NCBI GenBank assembly: GCA_035510735.1
Contig: DATKGN010000013.1
Span: forward strand, 596-64,595
Source: Patescibacteria group bacterium
Lineage (GTDB): Bacteria; Patescibacteriota; Microgenomatia; UBA10105; UBA927
Reading direction: 5' to 3'
Length of the DNA stretch: 64,000 bases
Below, piece after piece: positions 7,850-18,653 of this stretch (its first letter is position 1; every line of letters starts with the position of its first letter). The translations under genes and the position numbers were made by a program. The notes under the pieces are model-generated. The model was not told where the DNA came from and ran no database searches. It saw only the letters and a program-made list of their open reading frames with translations.

Positions 7850-8964
7850 AAAGTGGTTCCGACCCGCAAGTAGATATCGTATGTTTTGACAGCCAAATCA
7901 TGCCAGTTGTAACGAAGAAGAAATGGTTTAATCTTATTACTCATCTCACGACGCGTTGAATGTTCCGAAATCCGAACGAGGGCATCTTTCAATAATCCTG
8001 GCTTCCTGGTATCAACGAATGTTGCAAAATCTTCTAATATTTCCCGAAAAATTGGAATATCCGATACGATAACAGGGCAACCCGCTGCGAGCGCTTCAAG
8101 TGCCGGTAAACCGAATCCTTCCATCCGTGACGGGAACAGTAGTGCAATCGCATTGGCGTATAATGCATGAAGCTCTACGTCTCCGATATCATGTAAAAAC
8201 AGGACATGATCTTGAATTTCCGTCGCATACACAACTCCCGCAAGCCTCCGATAAAAATAATCATCAGGACCGACAAAGACAAGAAGTGCAGATTTTTTTA
8301 CCGCTTTCTGGTACTCCCGATACGCTTCGAGCATTAATTCAATATTTTTATGCGGATAGACATTACCGACATACAGAAAATAGTCCCCCGATATTGATGA
8401 TTTTGCTGTTGGAATATTTATTTTTTTCAAAAAATTCGGGTCAATGCCTTCATACGTTACAATAATTTTATCCTGATTAATTCCGAAATGTTTTATAATA
8501 TCGTCTTTCACAGTTTTTGAAACGGTAATGATTTTCCGCGCATTCATTATTCCCAGTCCAAGAACTATCCGGTATCCAAAACGACGGATTTTATAAAAAA
8601 AATACGGCAGCGTTGTTGCTTTACCTGTATCAGTCTGAAGAATGGTGAGGTCGTGAATTGTAATAATATACTTTCCGAAATATAAGATGGGCGCATTAAA
8701 ATATGGTATATGCACCAAATCAAGATGCTCTTTTGTAAACAACCACGGCATTACTATTTGCTCACGTACACTATGCCACGAAACATCGGCTAACCTTTTT
8801 GTCCACCGATCATTTGGAGGCGAAAACGTATGGTAATCCCTTTTTCGGAAAAAAAGGATGTACTGATTAACGGAATCAATATCGCCAAGCTCCCGTATAA
8901 GATTACGGATATACCGCCCGACACCCGTTTCGCCGATAAGACGCGCATCAATACCGATTTTCAT
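7846..8964 (-). CDS. GT4 glycosyltransferase
   Basis: IGIDAR..TGVGRY, TIHDL, YPHKN, EGFGLPALEA. Confidence 0.9.
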   Translation of the reverse strand: MKIGIDARLIGETGVGRYIRNLIRELGDIDSVNQYILFFRKRDYHTFSPPNDRWTKRLADVSWHSVREQIVMPWLFTKEHLDLVHIPYFNAPILYFGKYIITIHDLTILQTDTGKATTLPYFFYKIRRFGYRIVLGLGIMNARKIITVSKTVKDDIIKHFGINQDKIIVTYEGIDPNFLKKINIPTAKSSISGDYFLYVGNVYPHKNIELMLEAYREYQKAVKKSALLVFVGPDDYFYRRLAGVVYATEIQDHVLFLHDIGDVELHALYANAIALLFPSRMEGFGLPALEALAAGCPVIVSDIPIFREILEDFATFVDTRKPGLLKDALVRISEHSTRREMSNKIKPFLLRYNWHDLAVKTYDIYLRVGTTL

Positions 8965-8965
8965 A

Positions 8966-9844
8966 TTAGAGAGACCACTGTTTCAATAAAAACAGGCGGA
9001 ATACGTAAAAACTATTGACCAAAAAGCTTATAATCGGCCCATACTCTCGGGCATAATGTTTTTTGAAAAACAGCCAGTTATATTCGTGAAAATATATTTC
9101 CGTTGCCACACGGCGCTGCCGCAGAATATTGGCTCTTCCACTCTGTTTCTTTTTATGAAGAATGGAAACCAGAGGATAATACCAAATCTGCCATCCCGCC
9201 TGTTTTATCCTATATGCCCAATCTATATCCTCCGCATACATAAAATAATCTTCATCAAGTACGCCGACAGCGGCAACAACCTCGCGGCGCACCATAAAAA
9301 ATGCCCCGGAAATACAATCAACTTCGTGAGGTATGCGTAGATCTTTATATCCCTGGTGATATTCTCCAAACCACTGTGTCCTCGGAAACAATTTTTCGAG
9401 CTTTGCGATGTAGGAGAATGCGACCCATGGCGTCGGAAACCCGCGGTGACACGCCGGATCCATTGACCCGTCCGGAAGGACTAACTTACATGTAGCGGCT
9501 CCGGCCTTTGGATGCCCATCCATGAATGTGATCATTGATGTGAATGTGTTGACTGCAACTTCGGTATCCGAGTTAAGAAGAAGAATATATCGCCCTTTAG
9601 ACCCTTTTATCCCGGGATTATTTCCTGCCGCAAAGCCGATATTTTTCCCGTTTTCAATGAATGTCACCTCCGGAAATTCTTTTTTCACCATGGTCTGCGA
9701 TCCGTCAGACGAGGCATTATCACAGACAATAACCTCAATCGTGTATCCGCCAAGTTTTGTATTCCGAATGCTTGAGAGACATGCCCGAGTTACATCAACA
9801 GTATTAAAATTAAGAATAATAATGGAAAGATCAACGCGTTTCAT
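8966..9844 (-). CDS. GT2 glycosyltransferase (WbbL-like)
   Basis: DNASSDGS, NIGFAAGNN, LLNSD, FMYAEDIDW. Start moved to the ATG at 9844. Confidence 0.88.
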   Translation of the reverse strand: MKRVDLSIIILNFNTVDVTRACLSSIRNTKLGGYTIEVIVCDNASSDGSQTMVKKEFPEVTFIENGKNIGFAAGNNPGIKGSKGRYILLLNSDTEVAVNTFTSMITFMDGHPKAGAATCKLVLPDGSMDPACHRGFPTPWVAFSYIAKLEKLFPRTQWFGEYHQGYKDLRIPHEVDCISGAFFMVRREVVAAVGVLDEDYFMYAEDIDWAYRIKQAGWQIWYYPLVSILHKKKQSGRANILRQRRVATEIYFHEYNWLFFKKHYAREYGPIISFLVNSFYVFRLFLLKQWSL

Positions 9845-11015
9845 ATGATTGTTTCCACACGGTATCAAGCACCTTGGCAATTTGTTCCCAACTGTACTTT
9901 TTTTCCACCAACGCTCGTGCATTCATCGTCATTCTAACCGTTTCTTTAGGATACATAAAAATATACTCAACCGCCTTCGTAAACTCCTCTTTCGTCTCGA
10001 CCTGACAATAATGCGTCCCGGAGAGCACATCAAGTCCCGTACTCCCGGCTTTCGTTGTCACAACGGCCGTTCCGCTTGCCATCGCCTCAAGAATCTTAAA
10101 CTTGCTCCCGCCTGCTATACCCATAGGCGCCACAAGAACGTCAGACTCCCGATAAATCCTTCGGATATCATCGATATCCTCACGGATATGCATATGATCT
10201 CCGGTAAACTGGCGAAGTGAACTCGGAAAACCTTTTCCGATGATTGTCAGAGTTACACTGGGCATTCGCGCACGAATGCCGGGCCAAATATCTCTCACCA
10301 GCGTTCGAACAGCTTCAACGTTCGGCGCCCACGCAAAATTACCAACGAATACTAATTTCGCGTTCTGTTTATCCCATGTATGCTTGTGATAAGAAAATGA
10401 ATGTATATCCACCCCGTTTGCAACAACAGCCGTTTTTTTCTTCGTTATGTTTGAAATAATTGCGGCATCGTTATCCGATACTGCAATAACGGATGACGCT
10501 TTCTTCCACACCTTCTCTTCCCAACGGCGGATTTTCCCGGCATCGGAAGAAAGGATTGGGCGTGCAAAAAAGAACGGATATGATTTGGCAAATTCACTAT
10601 ACACAGCATATTCAATATTATGTTCTGAAACGACCATGGGTATTGACCCTCTCTCAGGCACTGACGGATATACATAAAATGGCTCAAGATGGATGAGGTC
10701 ATATTTCTTCTTCGACAATTCATTCTGTATACACTCCTTCATGAGCGCATTGTCATACGTGGTTAAAAGTAACGGGTATGACCCGAACATTTTCGCGAGA
10801 TACGAGGCCTGCATAGCCCTACCGCGATAGATCATGTGCACGTCTGACAAAAACCCTAACGTATTTATGTAAGCGCGCTCCTTTTCATCTCGGATAAAAG
10901 AACAAAGGGTGATATCGTGATTCTTTGCGAGAATCTTGAGAAGATTATACATTCGCACCTGGCCCCCAGAATAGAGCGGGTACGGAAGTACAGCGCTAAT
11001 AAATAATATGTTCAT
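9831..11015 (-). CDS. GT4 glycosyltransferase
   Basis: PYP..GG..R, HNIE, NGVD, GGSKFKILEAMASG. Confidence 0.88.
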   Translation of the reverse strand: MNILFISAVLPYPLYSGGQVRMYNLLKILAKNHDITLCSFIRDEKERAYINTLGFLSDVHMIYRGRAMQASYLAKMFGSYPLLLTTYDNALMKECIQNELSKKKYDLIHLEPFYVYPSVPERGSIPMVVSEHNIEYAVYSEFAKSYPFFFARPILSSDAGKIRRWEEKVWKKASSVIAVSDNDAAIISNITKKKTAVVANGVDIHSFSYHKHTWDKQNAKLVFVGNFAWAPNVEAVRTLVRDIWPGIRARMPSVTLTIIGKGFPSSLRQFTGDHMHIREDIDDIRRIYRESDVLVAPMGIAGGSKFKILEAMASGTAVVTTKAGSTGLDVLSGTHYCQVETKEEFTKAVEYIFMYPKETVRMTMNARALVEKKYSWEQIAKVLDTVWKQSYETR

Positions 11016-12448
11016 TTCTTTCTCGTGAGATCAATAATTGCATATTTATCGTTCCTGACGAGCACGGTGTACATGTTTGCAAGATCACGCGTCTCCAAAT
11101 CATTATTCGTCGGCGAAACCGTTACATAATATCCCGCCCCCATTGCAATTTTCTTTGCAATATCAAATCCTTCGGGCCATCCCTGCCTATTGATCTGATA
11201 AAGAAATGTCGTATCACCGTTATACGGTGCAATCACTTTGGCATTTTTGGGAATAAGAGCATCGGCAGCTTTTCCCGCTTCAACAATCTCCGGTCTGTTG
11301 ATCCAAAAATAGGTTCTTATCGTATACCATGAAAAGGCCCAAAGGAACAAAAAACAAACAATCGCGAGTGCGTATGAGCCGAATTTATTAAACCCCTCAA
11401 CTCCCCTCATAAATGTGTAAAATCCCTTTGCTGTAAACCAAACGATAACCGGAATAATAAGCGCCTGATAATAATCATGCTGAACGTTTCCCCCGGCAAA
11501 AATAATCAGATATGCTAATGCACCCGCGAGCCACAACAGAGAAAACCACGCTTCTCCTTTTTTCATTTTGGTGACGAGTCCTATGCCAAAGGGTATAAGA
11601 CCCCAATACCCTAAAATAAGATCGGCAAGCCGCTGGGAAAACAACCAGTAGAACCAGGCGCCCTTAAAGCGCACCCCATTATTATTGTATAGCCAGTCTG
11701 ACACCGGAATCCCTTCCGGGAACTGCAATATCCAATGCCGCCACCAAAGAAGCGGAACGGCGATGATAACGCAGTATATAAGACCATATGCAACGCCCTT
11801 AAGAAACGTCGTATTGCGGAATACGAGATAAGCCGCCGGAAATAAAATGAAAATCTCCATGGGCCGCACGAGAAGGGATATGGCCCCGAAAATACCGGCA
11901 ACGATAACCCAGGCCCATGACCAGTTTGAGTTTCCCCTTTTCCAAAGCACCGTCAGACTCACAAGTGCGCAAAATGTCGCAAGAGGGTCAGGTAAAATCG
12001 CGCGACCATAATAGATGCTAAAGGGCAGCACCGCGTAAATGAACGCGCCCAAGATACCCGCAAACGGATTTACGATTTCACTCAGGAGAAATCCGAAAAG
12101 CAACACACTAGCGCCCGTTGCAACAATGCTGAGCCCCCGAAGGACCTCCTCGATGGTCACGTGCGGAATTAATTTAAACGACTCAACGCCGATAAGTTGA
12201 TAGAGAGGAAATTCCACCATCCTCCACCCCATCGGATTATCCTTACCGGACTGAATGTTAGAAAGATCGTCGTATCGCGGATGAAGCGGATCTATACCGA
12301 ATTTAAGAAAATTTCTTGCAACCGCTGCAGTATCGGATTGCCGCCAACTGTGCCAGTCGGCGATTGGCCAGTTAATATGGTAAAAACGTACACCAATACT
12401 GAGTAAACTTATAATAACAAGACCGACGATAAATAATTTTCTCTTCAT
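11012..12448 (-). CDS. GT-C (ArnT/PMT-like) polytopic membrane glycosyltransferase
   Basis: About 11 TM helices. First loop carries WHSWRQSDTAAVARNF and EFPLY; later QHDYY. Confidence 0.75.
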   Translation of the reverse strand: MKRKLFIVGLVIISLLSIGVRFYHINWPIADWHSWRQSDTAAVARNFLKFGIDPLHPRYDDLSNIQSGKDNPMGWRMVEFPLYQLIGVESFKLIPHVTIEEVLRGLSIVATGASVLLFGFLLSEIVNPFAGILGAFIYAVLPFSIYYGRAILPDPLATFCALVSLTVLWKRGNSNWSWAWVIVAGIFGAISLLVRPMEIFILFPAAYLVFRNTTFLKGVAYGLIYCVIIAVPLLWWRHWILQFPEGIPVSDWLYNNNGVRFKGAWFYWLFSQRLADLILGYWGLIPFGIGLVTKMKKGEAWFSLLWLAGALAYLIIFAGGNVQHDYYQALIIPVIVWFTAKGFYTFMRGVEGFNKFGSYALAIVCFLFLWAFSWYTIRTYFWINRPEIVEAGKAADALIPKNAKVIAPYNGDTTFLYQINRQGWPEGFDIAKKIAMGAGYYVTVSPTNNDLETRDLANMYTVLVRNDKYAIIDLTRKK

Positions 12449-15400
12449 TTCTTTTTCGTTGTATCCGTAGGGATAACCACCTCAGCACGAATTCCTCTTT
12501 TTAGCTGGTAATTTTCAAAGATAAACACCTCCCGGTCCCCCTTGTGGATGGGATACTCAAAAGCTTCTTCCAGGGTCCGCGCCGGAATTATCCGATATGG
12601 ACTTTCTCTGTACATATGCCAGATCGCATCATTAAGCCCCGTCGGAAATATCCAGGCGCTCCCATAGCGGATGGGCGTATTGATGAAGAAAAATGTTTTG
12701 TAATCTTTGGGTGGAAACGTTTCTTCTTTGATAACCGCAAGCGCCTGCTGGGCTGTGTTACTTGCTTTTATCCAATCATCACCCACCCTGAGCACTTCAC
12801 GCACATTCCAAGAAGTAAGGAGTACAAACAACAGAAGAAGAATGACGGACACCCATAAGCGTTTTGTGTTGTGAAGTATTTGAGAGCACGCAAGAACAAC
12901 AGCAATAATCAAAAATATTGATGGAATATACGTGTACCGATCCGCCATGCCCCCGAGTGGCGCATACGCCGCGAGCGATATAAAAAATGCGGCAATCCAA
13001 ACCAGCGACCCCCGAAACATGCGTAACTTTTCCCGTAATGTAACGACAAAGAATACTACGATGGCTCCGATAACAGCAACGGCAACTGATATTTCTTTAA
13101 CGTATTGACGAAGCATTGATCGCACCGTCATCCAGTAGTCAACTACTTTCGGTCCGCCGAATGATGCGATTGCGTACCCGACCGAATTAACAACAGAATT
13201 AATAAACACCGTGCTCGTTTTGTAGCCGTAGTCCCCCTGTGGCGCAAGCGCCCCAGCCGAGTGACGCATAAATAGATACAATGGGATGAGGAGCAGGCCT
13301 CCCCATAACCATTTATTTTTTTGCTCACGGGATAGTCCAATTATAAGAACTATAACGGGAGCGACAACTAATCCGTCATATGAGAGCATAGCAAAAAATG
13401 TCGTGATCACCATTACGGCTCCGATAATAAATTTTGGCACACGATGGAAATAACCGAATGACTCTTCAAAAAAATAGACGGCCATTGTCAAAAACATTGC
13501 AGACAGCATGCTACTTTGTCCTGATATCCAATAGACGTTTTCGTGATGACTGGCAAGCACAGCGAACAGAAGTGCACCGCACCACGCGACAAATCCGTGA
13601 ACTTTCCTAAGAAGCAAAATCCGATACACAAAAAATGTTGTACAGAGAAGAAGAAAAATTGACATCAAATGATATGCAAATGGTTCAAGCCAAAAAATAG
13701 AAAATACTGAAAAATACCAAAGTTTCGGAATCGGGCGGTAGAAAAATCCCTGAGACTGGGTAAAGTATGTCATGATAGATTTGACATTGCTCTGTGCTGC
13801 CCACCGAAGCCAGGTAAAATCATCGCCCAGAAAATACAACCCAAACGTCTTGTGCCAAACGAAGACGACAGCAAGGAAGAGATAAAAAACGTAGGCTGCG
13901 GGGTGGGTAAAAATACGTTTTAAAAGCCCTATATAGTCGAGCGTAATGGTAGTCCCCCGAGCAAGGAGCGCTATTGCTATTCCTAAAAGCAACCACAAAA
14001 TATATGCAACCTTTGACGCTTCAAAAACGTCAATAAGTACAGCATTGAGAATCAGACCAGCGATTCCGGCAAATAACCCGATTACCAATGAACGTTCAAC
14101 AGGTGATAAGGTATTTTTATACTTAAAAAACAAATAAAATGCTGCCGCAAATATACCTAAAAATGAGATTGCACCAAGGAGACCAGTCTCCCCGAGCATT
14201 CTATGGTAATCGCCGTCAGCGGCTACAGAAAGTGTCGAATACCCACTTCCGAGTAGAATATTCCGCTTAAACGCCTCAATTGCTAATGGCCATTCCCCCT
14301 GAATACGCGTCGTTATTGAAATATCATACACAAGTGCCTTCTGGATAAGAAAACTTCCGGAGATCGTTGCGACGCTGCCGGGAGCTCCTTTCACGTCAAC
14401 GCTTTTATAATACGCAACGGTTTTCACTGCGCTGTTGTTTTGTTGTTGCGATGGAAGGTTTATAAACTCACTCCCCCGAGGGAGTGTGTTCGTCGACGGT
14501 GATTCGATCGGCTGTAATGTAGCTTCCTGACCCTGTAACTTATCAAGTGTTCCGATAGGTTTACCTGTCGACAGATCAACGACAACATTACTAACACTGA
14601 ACGTTTTATAAAACCGCTCCGAAGCACCGCTCGTAAAATTAAGTGTCAGAATGCTCAGAACGATCATTGGGATGATATAAATAGGCTTTTTTTGCCAAAT
14701 AAGCATAATGCTCATCACAATGAGATACACGCCGAACGAAACACGCGAAGCCGTAAAGAGAAGCATGATTAACCCTAAAAATGTGAGAATGAAAAAAAAT
14801 ATTTTTTGCCACCACCGCGTAAACGCGAATATCAAACTTGCCATGATGGGGATGGTCAGCACCATGTACGCGGCAAGGTCATAATGTCCTGCGAATGTTG
14901 ATGGAAACCGCGCATTTGAAGGAAGCCGCAATGGTAGCCCTTTCGCGAATTGCTCGTTCATCGTCATAAACGCGGGAAATCCCAAAAATTTCTGTCCAAA
15001 CCCATACAAAACGACCGCCAAATACGTTCCTCCCAAAACATAAAGAACTGGGAGCACAGACTGCTTTTTCCGAAATGCCTCAAACGCAAGGAAGAAAACC
15101 ACCATATACTCTATACGCCGTACGTAATGAAGCACAGCAAGGTGAGGGAAAAATATACCCGCAAAATGCGGAAAAATAAAAACGAGTGCATTGACAAGAG
15201 ATATAAACCCTATGCCCCAGTACGCAAAAATAGGCGTCTGTAAAGGCGAACTGCTTAATCGTTTCTGACGCCAAAATTCTATTGCGAGTACAATTGCGGA
15301 TGCAAGGATGACAAAATCATCAAACCGGATATACACCCATGTCTGCGTCACATCAATAAGCGGCAATTTTGGGTACAGCGGAATAAACGCCAGTAAAAAT

Positions 15401-15453
15401 AGCGTCAGAGTTGCAAGAAAATTATCTTTACACCATCCGAATAGCTTCTGCAT
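12445..15453 (-). CDS. Fusion of an O-antigen ligase/Wzy_C-like domain (N-half) and a GT-C-like domain (C-half), 1002 aa
   Basis: N-half: TASR, R...W..A..AF..N.LLGSG...DY.RMLGETGLLG. C-half: YFLGDDFTWL, FYRP, H.ENVYWISG, DRYTY. Confidence 0.75.
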   Translation of the reverse strand: MQKLFGWCKDNFLATLTLFLLAFIPLYPKLPLIDVTQTWVYIRFDDFVILASAIVLAIEFWRQKRLSSSPLQTPIFAYWGIGFISLVNALVFIFPHFAGIFFPHLAVLHYVRRIEYMVVFFLAFEAFRKKQSVLPVLYVLGGTYLAVVLYGFGQKFLGFPAFMTMNEQFAKGLPLRLPSNARFPSTFAGHYDLAAYMVLTIPIMASLIFAFTRWWQKIFFFILTFLGLIMLLFTASRVSFGVYLIVMSIMLIWQKKPIYIIPMIVLSILTLNFTSGASERFYKTFSVSNVVVDLSTGKPIGTLDKLQGQEATLQPIESPSTNTLPRGSEFINLPSQQQNNSAVKTVAYYKSVDVKGAPGSVATISGSFLIQKALVYDISITTRIQGEWPLAIEAFKRNILLGSGYSTLSVAADGDYHRMLGETGLLGAISFLGIFAAAFYLFFKYKNTLSPVERSLVIGLFAGIAGLILNAVLIDVFEASKVAYILWLLLGIAIALLARGTTITLDYIGLLKRIFTHPAAYVFYLFLAVVFVWHKTFGLYFLGDDFTWLRWAAQSNVKSIMTYFTQSQGFFYRPIPKLWYFSVFSIFWLEPFAYHLMSIFLLLCTTFFVYRILLLRKVHGFVAWCGALLFAVLASHHENVYWISGQSSMLSAMFLTMAVYFFEESFGYFHRVPKFIIGAVMVITTFFAMLSYDGLVVAPVIVLIIGLSREQKNKWLWGGLLLIPLYLFMRHSAGALAPQGDYGYKTSTVFINSVVNSVGYAIASFGGPKVVDYWMTVRSMLRQYVKEISVAVAVIGAIVVFFVVTLREKLRMFRGSLVWIAAFFISLAAYAPLGGMADRYTYIPSIFLIIAVVLACSQILHNTKRLWVSVILLLLFVLLTSWNVREVLRVGDDWIKASNTAQQALAVIKEETFPPKDYKTFFFINTPIRYGSAWIFPTGLNDAIWHMYRESPYRIIPARTLEEAFEYPIHKGDREVFIFENYQLKRGIRAEVVIPTDTTKKK

Positions 15454-16294
15454 ATGTTGTTTTTAAATAATCACTCCCGATAACATATCCTATTGCTATC
15501 GAAATGAGCGCCTTTAACCGCAGCAATAAGCGTAACACGTCAAGCGCCGCTCGAGAATAGTGTTTTTTATACAAATAAAGAAATCCCCGGTAAATATTAA
15601 GAACCGGTCCGGTCCGTTTATTCGTTGAGCTTGCAGCACCTAAATGAATAATTTTGGATACTGGATAAAAATATGTTGTATATCCGTGGCGTCTGGCTCT
15701 CATCAATAGATCAATCTCCTCCATATACATAAATATTCCTTCATCGAATAAGAGATCGTCGAAAAACGACGTTTTTGCCGCCACGATGCAGGCTCCTGAT
15801 ATCCAATCAACCTGCCGGGTTTCATCAGGCGACCAGCGCGTCAGGCCGTTTCTATCGCCTCTCATAAAAAGTGCAGCAAAAACAACGGGCAGTGAAAAAA
15901 ACGGGCCGCATGATGTCTGTGGGGTACGGTCGGGGTTCAATAATTTAGGACCGACGAATGATTTCGGATGGGTGAGAGCAAAAGAATATATATTGTCAAT
16001 AGCATCTGGCAGTACAACCGTGTCCGAATTAAGAAGCATAATATACGTACCTTTAGCCCGTTTCATCCCCTGATTATTTGCGCGTCCGAATCCGACGTTC
16101 TCGGCGTTAAAAATCGTAACAACATGCGGATATTTCTTTACCAGCATCTCCCGTGTGCCGTCTGTGGATATGTTATCCACAACAATAATTTCCATCTTTA
16201 ACCGGCTTGTATACATTGTCCGATAAATAGATGAAAGGCAGTCATCGACTAATTGCTTTGTATTAAAACTAACGATAATGATAGAGAGATCCAT
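15428..16294 (-). CDS. GT2 glycosyltransferase (WbbL-like)
   Basis: VDNISTDGT, NVGFGRANN, LLNSD, FMYMEEID. Confidence 0.88.
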   Translation of the reverse strand: MDLSIIIVSFNTKQLVDDCLSSIYRTMYTSRLKMEIIVVDNISTDGTREMLVKKYPHVVTIFNAENVGFGRANNQGMKRAKGTYIMLLNSDTVVLPDAIDNIYSFALTHPKSFVGPKLLNPDRTPQTSCGPFFSLPVVFAALFMRGDRNGLTRWSPDETRQVDWISGACIVAAKTSFFDDLLFDEGIFMYMEEIDLLMRARRHGYTTYFYPVSKIIHLGAASSTNKRTGPVLNIYRGFLYLYKKHYSRAALDVLRLLLRLKALISIAIGYVIGSDYLKTTYAEAIRMV

Positions 16295-16303
16295 AATGAT
16301 GAA

Positions 16304-16903
16304 TTATTGAAACAAGCGGGAGAACTTAAGCGTATACCGAAGATCTTTTGATCGGTCTTTTATAAATTTTGCCGGAACTCCCCCGACAACTGTAAAAGGC
16401 GCAACATCATGGGTGACAACGGCTCCTGATGCGACAACCGCGCCGCGGCCAATAGTGACACCGGGTAAAATAGTCACACGGGTTCCGATAACCACGTAAT
16501 CTTCTATAACAACCGGTCCTGCGATTTCGGAAAAATTGGAATCATCGACATCATGTTCCATAGTAAAAATTCTTACTTCACCGGCAATCGAAACATTATT
16601 GCCGATTTTGAGTGGCCGATTTTTTGGGTTAACAAAGTCCTTTATATAAGACGCAAATTTATACTCATGGTCCCGCCATATGCGCTTGAACCGACCGTCC
16701 AGAAATGCATCATTTCCGATTATCGTGTTATGACCGATCTCAATGCCCGAAGGCAGATTAAATCTGGCACGCCAATGGACCGATGAATCTTTTCCGATTT
16801 TTACACGGAAAAGGTGTCGGTATAAAAATAGCCTCACGGTATGGCTGGGAATATACCCAGTCAATGTTGCCAAATAAACCCAAAAATCAATCATCCATCT
16901 CAT
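16304..16903 (-). CDS. Hexapeptide-repeat sugar O-acetyltransferase
   Basis: Left-handed beta-helix repeats ILPGVTIGRGAVVASGAVVTHDV and GGVPAK. The ATG at 16903 overlaps the upstream TGA. Confidence 0.87.
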   Translation of the reverse strand: MRWMIDFWVYLATLTGYIPSHTVRLFLYRHLFRVKIGKDSSVHWRARFNLPSGIEIGHNTIIGNDAFLDGRFKRIWRDHEYKFASYIKDFVNPKNRPLKIGNNVSIAGEVRIFTMEHDVDDSNFSEIAGPVVIEDYVVIGTRVTILPGVTIGRGAVVASGAVVTHDVAPFTVVGGVPAKFIKDRSKDLRYTLKFSRLFQ

Positions 16904-18054
16904 ATATCCTTCGCGCCGGCTTTGGTTAATATATCGAGTGTTTGCTTCGCCGCTTTCTCCCATGTAAACTGTTTAACACGTACTAGACCGCGTTGAATTC
17001 GAGTCTTCCCTTGTATCAAATTTCGCTGACGAACAGCTGAAAGAAGGCCGTTTGCGATGCTGTCAACATCGGTAGGCACAACGTAAATACCAGCAGAATC
17101 TGCGATCTCAGGCAGGCTTGAAACGTTACTGATCACGACGGGACATTTATACGCCATAGCCTCAAGAACCGGCAACCCGAATCCCTCATAAAGACTTGGC
17201 AGTGCAAAACAGAGAGCCTGACGATAAAATGAAGGCAAATCGCTATCCGGCACGAAATCCAAAAATTTCACCTTATCTACCACTCCGAACTTCGAAGGCG
17301 CGCTCAATATTTGCTCATACAGCCACCCTTTTTTACCGATTATCACCAACTGTACTTCTCCGAATTTCTGTTTATTTTTTTGGAGAAATTTTGAAAAAGC
17401 CTCAATGAGGCGCACATAATTCTTCCGGGGTTGAAGCGTTCCGACGGATAATATGAAGTGCTTTGCAATCTTATACTGCTCAAGGCTGTTTTCCTGCTTT
17501 ATCGGAGTGCCTGTTGTGGTCTTTTGCATAGAAAATCCTGGGAACGTAACAAATACCTTTTCTTTGCCAATACCGTAACGTTTTATTATATCATTTTTAC
17601 TGAATTGGCTTATGGTACAGACGGCACTGGCATGCGCCAACCCATATTTGGTCCAATTTGTTAATTGATAGAGGTCCCGTTTCCGGAAAAGTTCAGGAAA
17701 ATACAGATAGGAAAGATCCATAACCGCCATCACCCTCGGTATTCTGGTGAATCTGGGGATATAGTGAGTAGGTGAAAAAACCACTTGAGCCTCCGGCTTA
17801 TCTTTTTTTAATGCGAGAGGAAGCCCCACGAACGTCCACAATTTTTGGGGTCCGCGGACGTAATAATGCCACCAGGTAGTCTCCTTCGGCATATCCGTCC
17901 TCGGTCTTGTTGGTACATAGACACGGACTTCTACACGGTGCGCATTATCGTGTGATAAAAGAACGTATAAACTCACGAGTATTTCATATGCATACCGGCC
18001 TATTCCAACGCGTGAGCCGACGTTTGCCTCATACCCGTCGATAGCGATAATCAT
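16900..18054 (-). CDS. GT4 glycosyltransferase
   Basis: VGTLQPRKN, EGFGLPVLEAM, SSLPE. Confidence 0.9.
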   Translation of the reverse strand: MIIAIDGYEANVGSRVGIGRYAYEILVSLYVLLSHDNAHRVEVRVYVPTRPRTDMPKETTWWHYYVRGPQKLWTFVGLPLALKKDKPEAQVVFSPTHYIPRFTRIPRVMAVMDLSYLYFPELFRKRDLYQLTNWTKYGLAHASAVCTISQFSKNDIIKRYGIGKEKVFVTFPGFSMQKTTTGTPIKQENSLEQYKIAKHFILSVGTLQPRKNYVRLIEAFSKFLQKNKQKFGEVQLVIIGKKGWLYEQILSAPSKFGVVDKVKFLDFVPDSDLPSFYRQALCFALPSLYEGFGLPVLEAMAYKCPVVISNVSSLPEIADSAGIYVVPTDVDSIANGLLSAVRQRNLIQGKTRIQRGLVRVKQFTWEKAAKQTLDILTKAGAKDI

Positions 18055-18647
18055 AATAAATTCCCGCTAAATCCGGGATAGACGACATGTAAACGGTCTT
18101 TTGCTATACCGAGAAGCCCCATTACATCTTTTTTCGTCGATTCACTGTCACAAAATATCGTCTGACACTCTTTTTTAACCCATGCGAGTCTTCTTTTCTG
18201 TGTCGCGACAATATTTGGGGAAATCAATAATCGCTTCGTGGTAAATTCTGTCTGCTCATGTGTTTCAATAGGATACTTAAAAGCGATAAGATCGTGAATC
18301 GTCGTAATCCCCCGTGCGCCAGCAAGAGGCGGCTGAGTCCAGTCGCTGCTCCAGAAAATATCGACAGGTCCTATAAATGATTCAATCGGGATAATATGCA
18401 GCCTATTCCATAAGAGATCAAGAAACGTCGGCGGCATGAAAAAAAGTTTTAACGTCACACGACGCGGATCCGCGTGGAGAGACTGATGATATGAACGAAG
18501 TACACGACGCCTACGCAGCGACGAGCCAAAAAGAACGTATTCGTTTTCTGTATCCTTCGAAATAATCTCCCGGACAATCGATCGGACGTATGTCGCGACC
18601 CCCGTTCCTTCATACACAATTTGGCTTATATCTATGCCGATACGCAT
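18051..18647 (-). CDS. Stand-alone GT4 N-terminal domain (half glycosyltransferase, 198 aa)
   Basis: IGIDIS..TGVATY, TTIHDL, DSESTKKD, ends HVVYPG. No C-terminal E-x7-E domain. Confidence 0.8.
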   Translation of the reverse strand: MRIGIDISQIVYEGTGVATYVRSIVREIISKDTENEYVLFGSSLRRRRVLRSYHQSLHADPRRVTLKLFFMPPTFLDLLWNRLHIIPIESFIGPVDIFWSSDWTQPPLAGARGITTIHDLIAFKYPIETHEQTEFTTKRLLISPNIVATQKRRLAWVKKECQTIFCDSESTKKDVMGLLGIAKDRLHVVYPGFSGNLL

Positions 18648-18653
18648 ACCTGT

